Below, piece by piece: positions 8,369 through 17,764 of a stretch of DNA of 64,000 nt. The position numbers were made by a program, and so were the translations under genes. The DNA comes from Terriglobia bacterium (GTDB lineage Bacteria > Acidobacteriota > Terriglobia > Acidiferrales > UBA7541): contig OY968796.1 in NCBI GenBank assembly GCA_963695545.1, forward strand, positions 2,240,001 through 2,304,000, written 5' to 3'. Below the pieces are notes generated by a model. The model ran no database searches and had not been told where the DNA came from. It saw only the letters and a program-made list of their open reading frames with translations. The stretch's first letter is position 1. Each line of letters starts with the position of its first letter.

Positions 8369-9568
8369 GTGGGCACTGCAATTGGAAATGGGAATATGGT
8401 AATTCCTCCGCACGGAAATCAAGGCTCGCAAAAGGGAAGAGGCCGCAAGGCATTGTCGCGCTTTGGCCACTTGCCGGCTGGGTCGAGAATCGTTCTTAAC
8501 GAAGACGCCTTCCACGCAATGCTGACGATCGAACGCCGGCGAGCGGAACGTTCCGGCAAGCCATTCGTTCTGATGGTCATCGACTCCCAAGCGGTGCACA
8601 AGAACGGGAACGCGGCAAGCTTCGCTGCGCAACTCACTTCTGTCGTTTCCAACGCAACGCGCGAGACGGATTTCGTAGGCTGGTACGCCGAGGGCAGTAG
8701 TCTCGGCGTGATATTTACGGAAATTAATCTAGAGGGAACGAACTCCGTAGCCGACGTCCTGCAGTCCAAGATCACCGCGGCACTGCACGATCATCTCGAT
8801 CAGAAGATCGCAGCTAGCCTCGTGGTCACCGTTCACCTATTTCCGGAAAGCTGGGATAAGGGTTTCCCAGATCGAGTGGCAGACGTCAAACTTTATCCGG
8901 ATCTTTCCCAGAAGGCGTCAAAAAAGCGGCTTGGGATGATTGTGAAGCGCGCGATTGATATTATGGGCGGCGCGCTGTTGCTGATCGCGCTCGCGCCGGT
9001 TCTGGGGATCGTCGCACTGGCAATCAAGCTTTCCTCCAAGGGGCCCGTTCTATTTAGTCAGGACCGGCTAGGTCAATTCGGAGAAGGCTTCAAGTGCCTG
9101 AAGTTTCGTACGATGTATACAAACAACGATCCAAAGCTCCATCGTGAATTCGTACAGCAATTCATCGCCGGAAAGATGGAGAACGAGAACAAGGATGAGA
9201 CCGGGCCCACGGTTTATAAGATTACAAATGATCCACGCGTGACCTCGGTTGGAAGATTTCTCCGCAAGACGAGTCTGGATGAGTTTCCCCAATTCTGGAA
9301 TGTCTTGCGAGGCGAAATGTCTCTGGTGGGCCCCCGCCCACCGGTTCCATACGAATTCGAAGTGTACGATTTCTGGCATCGGCGTAGAGTCCTCGAAGTG
9401 AAGCCAGGCGTCACAGGGTTGTGGCAAGTGAGTGGCCGGAGCAGCACATCTTTCGATGATATGGTCCGGCTTGACTTGCAGTATTCCCGAAGCTGGTCGC
9501 TGTGGCTCGATGTAAAGATCCTACTGGCTACTCCGCGCGCGGTTTTCACTGGTGACGGTGCTTTCTAA
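8369..9568 (+). CDS. Priming sugar (polyprenyl-phosphate glycosylphosphoryl) transferase with N-terminal extension
   Basis: [62 protein letters not shown] motifs. Confidence 0.92.
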   Translation: MGTAIGNGNMVIPPHGNQGSQKGRGRKALSRFGHLPAGSRIVLNEDAFHAMLTIERRRAERSGKPFVLMVIDSQAVHKNGNAASFAAQLTSVVSNATRETDFVGWYAEGSSLGVIFTEINLEGTNSVADVLQSKITAALHDHLDQKIAASLVVTVHLFPESWDKGFPDRVADVKLYPDLSQKASKKRLGMIVKRAIDIMGGALLLIALAPVLGIVALAIKLSSKGPVLFSQDRLGQFGEGFKCLKFRTMYTNNDPKLHREFVQQFIAGKMENENKDETGPTVYKITNDPRVTSVGRFLRKTSLDEFPQFWNVLRGEMSLVGPRPPVPYEFEVYDFWHRRRVLEVKPGVTGLWQVSGRSSTSFDDMVRLDLQYSRSWSLWLDVKILLATPRAVFTGDGAF

Positions 9569-9771
9569 TGTTCGGGGAAGATGTTTCTTCGTCAATACCG
9601 ACTCTCCGAAACCGTTTAGCTGATTTACCCTGTTGAACCTTTCCCACATGCCGTTCGGGCGCGGTGTTCTGAGGTCGCCTAGGACGGTCCAATCGCTCCC
9701 AAGTCGAGTCGCCTCGATCCAGGCGCCAAGATTTAATCATTCAGTCTTTCTCCGCAGAGTAAAGAGGGAAC

Positions 9772-10773
9772 ATGATTCGAGTAGGTGTCATCGGTTATGG
9801 ATACTGGGGCCCGAATATCGTTCGGAACCTTCACGGATTGGACTCAACGCGGGCCGAGATGGTTTGCGACAAGAGCCCTGCCGCGCTGGCGCGCGCGCGG
9901 AGGGCCTATCCAGGTATTCGAACAGTTTCCGATCCAGGGGAGATACTGCGTTCTCCGGACATCGACGCGGTCGCGGTGGTCACGCCTGTTTGGACTCACT
10001 ACGAGCTGGCAAAACAAGCGCTTGAGAACGGGAAGCACGTTTTTATTGAGAAGCCGTTCACATCCACCTCCGCTCAAGGCGAAGAGCTGATCGAACTCGC
10101 GGCGCGGAAGAAGCTTACGATCATGGTGGACCATACATTCTTATTCACCGGAGCAGTGCGCAAGATCCGCGAGTTAACCGAGAGCGGGTCTCTCGGCGAT
10201 CTGTACTACTACGATTCGCTGCGCATAAACCTTGGCCTGTTTCAGCATGACGTTAGCGTGATATGGGACTTGGCACCGCACGATCTGTCCATCATGGACC
10301 ACATCATTAAGGGTCAGCCTGAGGCCGTGGTGGCCACGGGCGAGAGGCACTTGAACGGCGTGGAAGACGTCGCGTTCATGACGATCTATTTCCCGCGAAA
10401 TGTGATTGCGCACATCAACGTCAACTGGCTCTCGCCGGTGAAGATCCGGACCACGCTCATCGGCGGCCAAAAGAAAATGCTCGTTTGGAACGACCTGGTA
10501 GCCGATGAAAAAATACGCGTCTACGATAGGGGCGTTACCATTGATTCGGGAGAAGGCATTCGGGATCTTCTTGTGAGCTATCGCACGGGCGACATGTGGG
10601 CGCCGCAGGTGGAACAATTGGAGGCGTTGCACGTGGAGATGGACTATTTTGCGGACTGCATTATGAACAACAAGACCCCCTTCAACGACGGTCACGCCGG
10701 GCTGCGCGTCGTGCGAATGCTGGAAGCGGCGGAAGCTTCGATTCAAAAAAGAGGCGAATTGGTCCGCCTGTGA
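9772..10773 (+). CDS. Gfo/Idh/MocA oxidoreductase (NDP-sugar dehydrogenase, WbpB/WlbA-like role)
   Basis: GVIGYGYWG, HVFIEKP, WDLAPHDLS motifs. Confidence 0.88.
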   Translation: MIRVGVIGYGYWGPNIVRNLHGLDSTRAEMVCDKSPAALARARRAYPGIRTVSDPGEILRSPDIDAVAVVTPVWTHYELAKQALENGKHVFIEKPFTSTSAQGEELIELAARKKLTIMVDHTFLFTGAVRKIRELTESGSLGDLYYYDSLRINLGLFQHDVSVIWDLAPHDLSIMDHIIKGQPEAVVATGERHLNGVEDVAFMTIYFPRNVIAHINVNWLSPVKIRTTLIGGQKKMLVWNDLVADEKIRVYDRGVTIDSGEGIRDLLVSYRTGDMWAPQVEQLEALHVEMDYFADCIMNNKTPFNDGHAGLRVVRMLEAAEASIQKRGELVRL

Positions 10774-10939
10774 GCGATTAGTTCCGCGTCGCGACGAATG
10801 CAACTCTTGCCAGAGATGCTAAGCTGTTCGATGTCTAGCGCCGAATTTAAGATCTAACCTTGGGGTGTGGCGAGTTCGTCGGTGCGGAGTATGAAGACCG
10901 CACCGAGGGCGTGCCCCTCTCAGAGGTGGTTGTTGAGTC

Positions 10940-11935
10940 TTGAATGGGAAGGGTGGGAAGCCTTTGCAGCAAAAGATCGATGATTGCCGGGCGGGGACCG
11001 CTGTGGCCGACGATCTTTCATGGGCGCTGTTCCGCAAGATGCTCCAGGTGCGTCGCGTGGAAGAGTCTCTACTTCAGCTGTTTTCTCGGGGCCTGCTATT
11101 CGGCACCGTGCATACGTGTATTGGCCAGGAGGTCTGCGGCGTCGGAGTGACCCAAGCCCTTAACCCCGCCAAGGACGTTTTGTGGTCGAATCATCGAGGG
11201 CACGGTCATTACCTGTCGTTCACGGGAGACCTGCAAGGACTCTTGTCCGAAATCCTGGGAAAGGCCGGTGGGGCCTGCGGCGGAGTCGGAGGCAGTCAGC
11301 ACCTGCATTATCGCAACGTATATACGAACGGTATTCTGGGAGGAACGGTCCCTTGCGCGGTTGGCTGCGCATTCGCCGAAAAATTCAAGGGCAACGATGC
11401 CGTCGTGGTGGTTTTTCTCGGCGATGGCGCTCTCGGGGAGGGCATTGTTTACGAGGGCATGAATATTGCATCACTTTGGGGCTTGCCGGTTCTCTTCGTT
11501 CTGGAGGACAACGGATACGCGCAAAGCACTCCTCGGTCATACGAGCACTCGGGCGACATCGAAACGCGGGCAAGAACTTTTGCGATTCCTACGACCATCC
11601 TGAAGGCCGACAACGCAATCGATGTGTGGCGCGCGACGGGCAAAATCGTCAGTGAAATGAGACTCGATCTGCGCCCCCAGATGCTGGTGCTGCAGACGTA
11701 CCGATTGGCGCCGCACAGTAAGGGCGATGATAACCGCGATGAAAAGGAGATCGCCGCCCACTGGGCCGCGGATCCGCTCGCGCGCCATCGTGAAATACTA
11801 AGGGCCGAAAACCCGGAGCGCCTCGAGCAGATTGAAAAGGAAATCGGCGACGAAGTTCAGCGTTGCATAAATGTCGCGATCGACGATCAACCCACTGACC
11901 TCGCCCGATTCCTTGGACACATAGACAAACCATGA
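10940..11935 (+). CDS. ThDP-dependent 2-oxoacid dehydrogenase E1 alpha-like subunit
   Basis: HTCIGQE, SNHRGHGH, GDGALGEG...EDN ThDP motif, TYRLAPHSKGDD; exact start uncertain. Confidence 0.9.
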   Translation: MNGKGGKPLQQKIDDCRAGTAVADDLSWALFRKMLQVRRVEESLLQLFSRGLLFGTVHTCIGQEVCGVGVTQALNPAKDVLWSNHRGHGHYLSFTGDLQGLLSEILGKAGGACGGVGGSQHLHYRNVYTNGILGGTVPCAVGCAFAEKFKGNDAVVVVFLGDGALGEGIVYEGMNIASLWGLPVLFVLEDNGYAQSTPRSYEHSGDIETRARTFAIPTTILKADNAIDVWRATGKIVSEMRLDLRPQMLVLQTYRLAPHSKGDDNRDEKEIAAHWAADPLARHREILRAENPERLEQIEKEIGDEVQRCINVAIDDQPTDLARFLGHIDKP

Positions 11936-12930
11936 CCTATCTGGAAGAGTTGAATACCGGCCTTCGACAGGTTCTCTCAACCACAGAGGACGTCGTCCTA
12001 TTCGGTGAAGATTTGCTGGATCCGTACGGCGGCGCGTTTAAGGTGACTCGTGGTTTGCAGCACGATTTTCCGCGGCGAGTGCTGACGACACCGATAAGTG
12101 AGGCGGCGCTCACCGGCATGGCCACGGGTATGGCGCTGCGAGGCCTTCGCCCGGTTTTGGAGATCATGTTTGGCGATTTTATGGGACTTTGCATGGATCA
12201 AATTTTGAACCATGCCTCGAAGTTCCGAATGATGTACAACGACCAGGTCAAGATTCCAATCACGATCCGGACGCCCATGGGCGGCGGGCGAGGCTATGGA
12301 CCCACGCACAGTCAATGCATCGAAAAACTTTTCCTGGGCATTCCGGACATACGGATTGTCGCACCGTCTATATTTTGTGAAGTCGCGCAACTTTTGAAGC
12401 AGGCGATATTCGATGATCGGCCTGTTTTGTTTATCGAGCATAAACTTTTGTATTCAGCTGAATTGCTGACTTCCTCGGTACCTGGACTTTTGATCGAGAA
12501 TAAGCTCGGTGGCTACGGCTATCCGGTTTCGGTCATCCGCAACTACACTTCCGGCAGTCCTGACGTTACGCTGATCACTTACGGAGGCGCGTCGCGCTTC
12601 GTGCCGACGATCTTCCAGCACCTCGCAGAAGAGGAAGTCCGGGCCGTCGCCTGCATACCTGCTCTGATCAAACCGCCGCCTTTCCAATTGATAGAAGAGC
12701 TCGTAGCTGAGTCGGGCCGTGCGGTCATCGTCGAAGAGGGAATCGTGCAATGGGGCTGGGGCGCGGAGTTGGCAGCGCGTCTGCATGATTCTTTGTTTGG
12801 CAAACTGACCAAACCGGTGCGCAGAATTGGTGCGTTGGACACGATTATTCCTGCGTCGAAGACTCTCGAGCAGGCGGTCCTTCCCTCAAGCCAAGACATT
12901 GAGAAGGCGCTTCTGGAGATGGTCGAGTGA
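11932..12930 (+). CDS. 2-oxoacid dehydrogenase E1 beta-like subunit
   Basis: FGED, TPISEAALTG, RPVLEIMFGDF, GPTHSQ, FIEHKLLY; ATGA overlap with E1 alpha. Confidence 0.9.
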   Translation: MTYLEELNTGLRQVLSTTEDVVLFGEDLLDPYGGAFKVTRGLQHDFPRRVLTTPISEAALTGMATGMALRGLRPVLEIMFGDFMGLCMDQILNHASKFRMMYNDQVKIPITIRTPMGGGRGYGPTHSQCIEKLFLGIPDIRIVAPSIFCEVAQLLKQAIFDDRPVLFIEHKLLYSAELLTSSVPGLLIENKLGGYGYPVSVIRNYTSGSPDVTLITYGGASRFVPTIFQHLAEEEVRAVACIPALIKPPPFQLIEELVAESGRAVIVEEGIVQWGWGAELAARLHDSLFGKLTKPVRRIGALDTIIPASKTLEQAVLPSSQDIEKALLEMVE

Positions 12931-14072
12931 CACATTTCATTGAAGCGCCCATGGTCAATGTGAATGACGACACCGTGATCCTGACCCGCTGGGTCAAACC
13001 GGAGGGGAGTTTGGTGCACAAAGGCGAGCCGATCGCCGTCATCGAAACGACCAAAGCCACCTTCGATCTGGAGTCCGAACATGCTGGTTACCTTCGTGCT
13101 TTTGCCGCGGACGGTGCAACAGTAGCGGTGGGTGAAATCCTCGGGGCCATTTGTGAGACCGCTGATGAACGGCCTGAGAAACCAGTTGCTCCCGCACCGG
13201 TGATCGCCGCGGGCGGTGCGGCGTCGCGAAAGGTCACGAAAAAGGCGGAGATTGCCGCTCGCAAAGCGGGTCTCGACCTTGAGAAATTGATCGCGGAAAT
13301 CCCCGGAACCGGAGCCGTGACGGAGGCGGAGATTCGAGATTATTTAGCCCATCGTGGATCTCGCACGGCCGCTGCGCCACGTTTGGACGCGCGGGATTTG
13401 GTCGATGATGCGTATCCCCAAAATCGGCAGCAGCGCCTCCTACTCATTGGAGGCGGATTGGGCGCGGTGCAGCTTTTAGATTCCCTAACGCGCGTGGAGA
13501 ATCAACGGGCGACCGCCATCGTAGACGACAACGCCGATCTACATGGCAAGACCGTGATGGGCGTTCCGGTTCTCGGCGGACAGAATGACATCGAAGGACT
13601 CTTCGCGCGAAAGCTGTTTGACGCTGCCGTGGTGTCGGTCAGCACCAGCGTTGCCTTTCGACAGCGCATGTTTGAGAACCTCGCGCAGTTGAAAATTCCG
13701 ATGGCGAACGTCATCGATCCTAGCGCACGGGTGCAAAGAAACGCAGCACTCGGCACAGGGAACGTGATCCTGGCATATTGCCACGTCGGTTCATGTGCGG
13801 TGATCGGAAACGGAAACTTTCTAAGCCCCTTCGTTGACGTTGAGCATCATTGCGCTGTTGGAGATTTTTGTACTTTCGGACCGGGAGTCATGATGAGCTC
13901 TCTGGTGAATATCGGTAACGGCGTGAAATTTGGGACTGGAGTTTTTATCGAACCCAAGATAACGATCGGATCGAACAGTATCATCGGCTCAGGCGCGATA
14001 CTCGTCGGCAACATTCCAGAGAATTCCATTGTGAAAACAACAATGGGCTACACAGTTCGTCCTCGCGGATGA
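12927..14072 (+). CDS. Fusion: lipoyl domain + subunit-binding-like segment + PglD/NeuD-type left-handed beta-helix acyltransferase
   Basis: IETTKATFDLES (lipoyl Lys43); KKAEIAARKAGLDLE..IPGTGAVTEAEI (E3/E1-binding-like); LLLIGGG..IVDDN..GVPVLGG (PglD N-domain); hexapeptide repeats with VEHH; GTGA overlap with E1 beta. Confidence 0.85.
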   Translation: MTHFIEAPMVNVNDDTVILTRWVKPEGSLVHKGEPIAVIETTKATFDLESEHAGYLRAFAADGATVAVGEILGAICETADERPEKPVAPAPVIAAGGAASRKVTKKAEIAARKAGLDLEKLIAEIPGTGAVTEAEIRDYLAHRGSRTAAAPRLDARDLVDDAYPQNRQQRLLLIGGGLGAVQLLDSLTRVENQRATAIVDDNADLHGKTVMGVPVLGGQNDIEGLFARKLFDAAVVSVSTSVAFRQRMFENLAQLKIPMANVIDPSARVQRNAALGTGNVILAYCHVGSCAVIGNGNFLSPFVDVEHHCAVGDFCTFGPGVMMSSLVNIGNGVKFGTGVFIEPKITIGSNSIIGSGAILVGNIPENSIVKTTMGYTVRPRG

Positions 14073-14239
14073 GACGACATCCCGAATTTCGCGAGACGTC
14101 AATCGTCGAGAACGCCCTATTTATCAGTAGCTCGACCATCTAGAAACTGAATCCGCACTCAGCAATTCACTTCTGAAATTCACATTACGAAGCACGATCC
14201 GAATCATCAACGGTTCTTACCCCCACCAAAGGTGAACCT

Positions 14240-15445
14240 ATGACACAGAGCGGGAAAATACCGTTTGTCGATCTTGTGACGCTCCACCGTGAGCTTGAGG
14301 CGGAGCTGCTCGATGTGTGCAAGCGAGTGATCGAGACGGCTGGCTTTATCGGAGGTCCCGAGGTAGAGGGCTTCGAGAAGGAATTTGCGCAGTATTGCGA
14401 TACGAAGTATTGCGTCGGCGTGAATAGCGGGACCGACGCGCTTCGCTTCGCGTTGGTGGCGGCGGGAATTCAGTCCGGCGAGATCGTGCTCACCGTGCCG
14501 CACACCTTCATCGCCACGACCGAGGCTATCTCGCAGGCGGGCGCGCGGCCGGATTTTGTCGACATCGACGAACGCACCTTCACGATGGATCCTGACAGGC
14601 TGCGAGCGTACTTAGAAACACGATGCGTGTTGGACCAACGCACGGGGCGCTACGTCCATAAGACTCTGGGGCGACCCGTTGCGGCGGTCGTTCCGGTTCA
14701 TCTTTACGGCCAGATGGCCGATATGGACCCGATTCTCGAGCTCGCGGCGCGCTACAAGTTGGTCGTGATCGAGGACGCCTGCCAGGCACACGGAGCGGAA
14801 TACTTTTCCAAGAAACAGAATCGCTGGTTGAAAGCCGGATCGATCGGGCGTGCGGCCGCGTTCAGTTTTTATCCCGGGAAAAATCTGGGCGCGTGTGGTG
14901 AAGGTGGCGCGGTGACCACGAACGATCAGGAGCTGGCGCGACATTGCGTCATGCTGCGCGATCACGGGTCGATCAAGAAGTATTACCACGACATCGAAGG
15001 TTACAACGGGCGACTTGATTCCATTCAAGCGGGAATGCTGCGCGTGAAATTGCGGCATCTATCGAAATGGAACGAGCAGCGCCGTGAGTGCGCGGGGCGA
15101 TACAACGAGCTTCTGGCGCAACTGCCAGGCAGCGTCAAACTGCCTTATGAACCTTCTTATTCGAGGTCGGTCTATCATCTGTACGTGGTGTCTGCGTCGA
15201 ATCGAGTCGGACTCCAGGATCATTTGAATGCAGCTGGAATCGGCACCGGCATCCATTATCCGATCCCGCTTCATCTTCAGAATGCGTATCGCGAGCTCAA
15301 GTACAAACTTGGAGATTTCCCTATCTCTGAGCAGGCCGCTGCACAGGTACTCTCGTTACCGATGTACGCCGGTCTGCGCGCTGACCAGCAAAGCCAAGTT
15401 GCGGAAACGATGATGGAATTCGCTTCAGTTCATTCGGCTCAATAA
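14240..15445 (+). CDS. DegT/DnrJ/EryC1/StrS sugar aminotransferase
   Basis: NSGTDAL, PVHLYGQ, IEDACQAHGA, FSFYPGKNLGACGEGG, GYNGRLD, LSLPMY. Confidence 0.93.
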   Translation: MTQSGKIPFVDLVTLHRELEAELLDVCKRVIETAGFIGGPEVEGFEKEFAQYCDTKYCVGVNSGTDALRFALVAAGIQSGEIVLTVPHTFIATTEAISQAGARPDFVDIDERTFTMDPDRLRAYLETRCVLDQRTGRYVHKTLGRPVAAVVPVHLYGQMADMDPILELAARYKLVVIEDACQAHGAEYFSKKQNRWLKAGSIGRAAAFSFYPGKNLGACGEGGAVTTNDQELARHCVMLRDHGSIKKYYHDIEGYNGRLDSIQAGMLRVKLRHLSKWNEQRRECAGRYNELLAQLPGSVKLPYEPSYSRSVYHLYVVSASNRVGLQDHLNAAGIGTGIHYPIPLHLQNAYRELKYKLGDFPISEQAAAQVLSLPMYAGLRADQQSQVAETMMEFASVHSAQ

Positions 15446-15561
15446 TTCGTACCCGCCTGCGTCTTAGCTTGGTCCGATCTACCAACGCATTCAGCATCAT
15501 CTAGAGCAATCGTAGCCGAGTCATTGCACTCGGCGATGCAGTTCCACACTTGAAGGAGCAA

Positions 15562-16722
15562 ATGTCCGCGATCCCGTCCATGGCAGGCGCTTCGATCGGT
15601 GCCGGAACCTCGGCGCCGGCGACTCTTTCTGACCCGGTGCGGCTTGGCGAGCTGACTGCCTTGGCCATCGCTGGGCTTCGGCCGATGCTTGATCCCGCCA
15701 CTCGCCTGTTCTGCCACCGATTGGTGCGCACGCGAAGCGGCTTGGTTCGCGAAGGCGTGTCGTTGCGGTACAGTGCGATGACACTTTTGGGTTTGCACCG
15801 TTTGAAATCTTGCGGAAAACAGTTGCCTGTCGATATCCAGCCGATTCTGGATGCATTGCTCGAGAATGTCGGTTGGATGGATAACATCGGCGACGTTGGT
15901 CTTGTGCTCTGGTTGCTCGCTGAAGCGGCTCCGGACCGGCTGAACAAATTTCATGAGGCGATGAATCTTGAACACGCTCTAGAGAGACACCCGGGCGCGC
16001 AAGAAGGGCGAACGATGGAACTCGCGTGGTTTCTTACCGGGCTATCGTGCGCTGCGATCGCTCGGCGTGCGGAACTGTCGGGCGTGAGCGATTTGGCCGC
16101 GGAAACGTATCGACGTCTCGAGGAGAACCTCGGGGAGAGCGGGATTTTCGGCCACCAGTCCGGACACGCCACGTTCGGCGGATTGTTGCGTGGGAGGATC
16201 GGAAGTTTCGCTGACCAGACCTATGCGATCTATGCGATCTCGCGCTTCGTCGCAGCGTTCGAAGAGGATGAGCCGCTAAGCGCGGCGCGCAATTGTGCGG
16301 AGGCGATCTGCGGAGCGCAAGGTCCTCTGGGACAATGGTGGTGGCACTATGATTCCGCTTCGGGAGAGGCCGTTCGGGGCTATCCGGTCTTTTCCGTTCA
16401 CCAGGATGCCATGGCTCCTATGGCGCTTCTCTCGCTTGGAAAGTTGCTTGGGGAGGATTTTTCGGAATTCGTCGCGAAGGGCATTCGGTGGGTTGGCGGT
16501 CAGAACGAACTTGGAGTTGATCTGCGCGACGGGCGAGCAGGCGTCATCTGGCGCGGAATTCAACTAACGGCAAAGTTCCAGATGTACCTCGATGATTTTC
16601 TCGGGATGATCCGAAATCGAGCCGACGTCGGCGCGCACCGCGAGATCGCGGTTCTACGCGAGTGTCGACCGTACGAATTGGGGTGGTTGTTGTATGCATT
16701 TGCGGAAGAAGCGGCGCAATAG
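15562..16722 (+). CDS. Hypothetical protein, probable (alpha/alpha)-toroid fold
   Basis: Long ORF in operon orientation, GGAG RBS before ATG 15562; helical repeats with Q..GQWWWHYD and SVHQDAMAPM; no function assignable. Confidence 0.65.
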   Translation: MSAIPSMAGASIGAGTSAPATLSDPVRLGELTALAIAGLRPMLDPATRLFCHRLVRTRSGLVREGVSLRYSAMTLLGLHRLKSCGKQLPVDIQPILDALLENVGWMDNIGDVGLVLWLLAEAAPDRLNKFHEAMNLEHALERHPGAQEGRTMELAWFLTGLSCAAIARRAELSGVSDLAAETYRRLEENLGESGIFGHQSGHATFGGLLRGRIGSFADQTYAIYAISRFVAAFEEDEPLSAARNCAEAICGAQGPLGQWWWHYDSASGEAVRGYPVFSVHQDAMAPMALLSLGKLLGEDFSEFVAKGIRWVGGQNELGVDLRDGRAGVIWRGIQLTAKFQMYLDDFLGMIRNRADVGAHREIAVLRECRPYELGWLLYAFAEEAAQ

Positions 16723-16819
16723 GATGTATTTTGTGTGCTGTCAGTCGGGAGAACTTGCAAAGTTCGCTTTTTAACCGAAGTAAGACGGCTTGAAGGCTCT
16801 TCGTTCTGGACATTGTGCG

Positions 16820-17716
16820 ATGCCAAACATTCCTAGCTACGTTCTGGTGACCCCGGCTCGAAACGAGGCGGCTTTTATCGAGCTCACGCTCAGATCAGTC
16901 GTGGCGCAAACGGTCCCACCCGTAAAATGGGTAATCGTAAGCGACGGGTCGACGGATGGCACTGACGATATCGTCAAGAAGTACGCTGCAGATTGCCCGT
17001 GGATTGAACTGATCCAGATGCCGGAGCGACAGGAGCGCCACTTTGCCGGCAAGGCCGCTGCCGTCAATGCCGGGTGCAAGAAAATGGCCGAAGTGGAGTA
17101 TGAAGTGATCGGCAATTTGGACGCAGACGTTTCATTTGACGAGGACTACTTTGCGTTCCTCATGCGCAAATTTGCGGAGAATCCGAACCTCGGAGTCGGC
17201 GGCACAGCCTTCCAAGAAGGCGGCTCGACTTACAACTACGATTTCGTGGGCATCGAGCATGTTTCTGGCATGTGCCAAATGTTCCGGCGCGAATGCTTTG
17301 AGGATATTGGCGGCTATCAGGGCGTAAAGTCAGGTGGTATCGATCTAATCGCTGTGTTGAGCGCGCGTGCGAAGGGTTGGGAAACGAGAACGTTTGTCGA
17401 AAAGAGTTTCATTCACCATCGCATCCAGGGAACTGCGCTGCACGCCGGTCTTCGCGAAAAATTGCACATAGGTCGTAAGGACTATCTGCTGGGCAATCAT
17501 CCTGGCTGGGAGCTTTTGCGGGGCGTTTATCAGATGCAACGAAAACCGTACGTGCTTGGCGGACTGCTGATTCTCGGCTCTTACTTTTGGAGTTCGATTC
17601 GCGGGATTGAAAGAAGCATCCCCGCGGAACTTATGGCCCTTCGTCGAAGGGAACAGGTGGCGCGATTGAAGGCCGTTCTGCGCCGCCGTTTTGGTCTTAG
17701 TGCGTCACTGACTTAG
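16820..17716 (+). CDS. Glycosyltransferase family 2
   Basis: YVLVTPARNE, IVSDGSTDGT, NLDAD (DxD). Confidence 0.9.
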   Translation: MPNIPSYVLVTPARNEAAFIELTLRSVVAQTVPPVKWVIVSDGSTDGTDDIVKKYAADCPWIELIQMPERQERHFAGKAAAVNAGCKKMAEVEYEVIGNLDADVSFDEDYFAFLMRKFAENPNLGVGGTAFQEGGSTYNYDFVGIEHVSGMCQMFRRECFEDIGGYQGVKSGGIDLIAVLSARAKGWETRTFVEKSFIHHRIQGTALHAGLREKLHIGRKDYLLGNHPGWELLRGVYQMQRKPYVLGGLLILGSYFWSSIRGIERSIPAELMALRRREQVARLKAVLRRRFGLSASLT

Positions 17717-17764
17717 AGACTGCGCCGACGACTTGAAAGATTCAATGAGGTCGAAAGAAAAGTA

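Noticed and set aside
10879..10906. Hairpin TCGGTGCGG-N10-CCGCACCGA before E1 alpha
   Set aside because: Single hairpin with no U-tract, no second copy noticed and no TPP-riboswitch consensus; function cannot be supported.
10940..12930. Housekeeping pyruvate/acetoin dehydrogenase operon
   Set aside because: No E2 catalytic domain and no E3; embedded among NDP-sugar genes and coupled to a sugar acyltransferase fusion.
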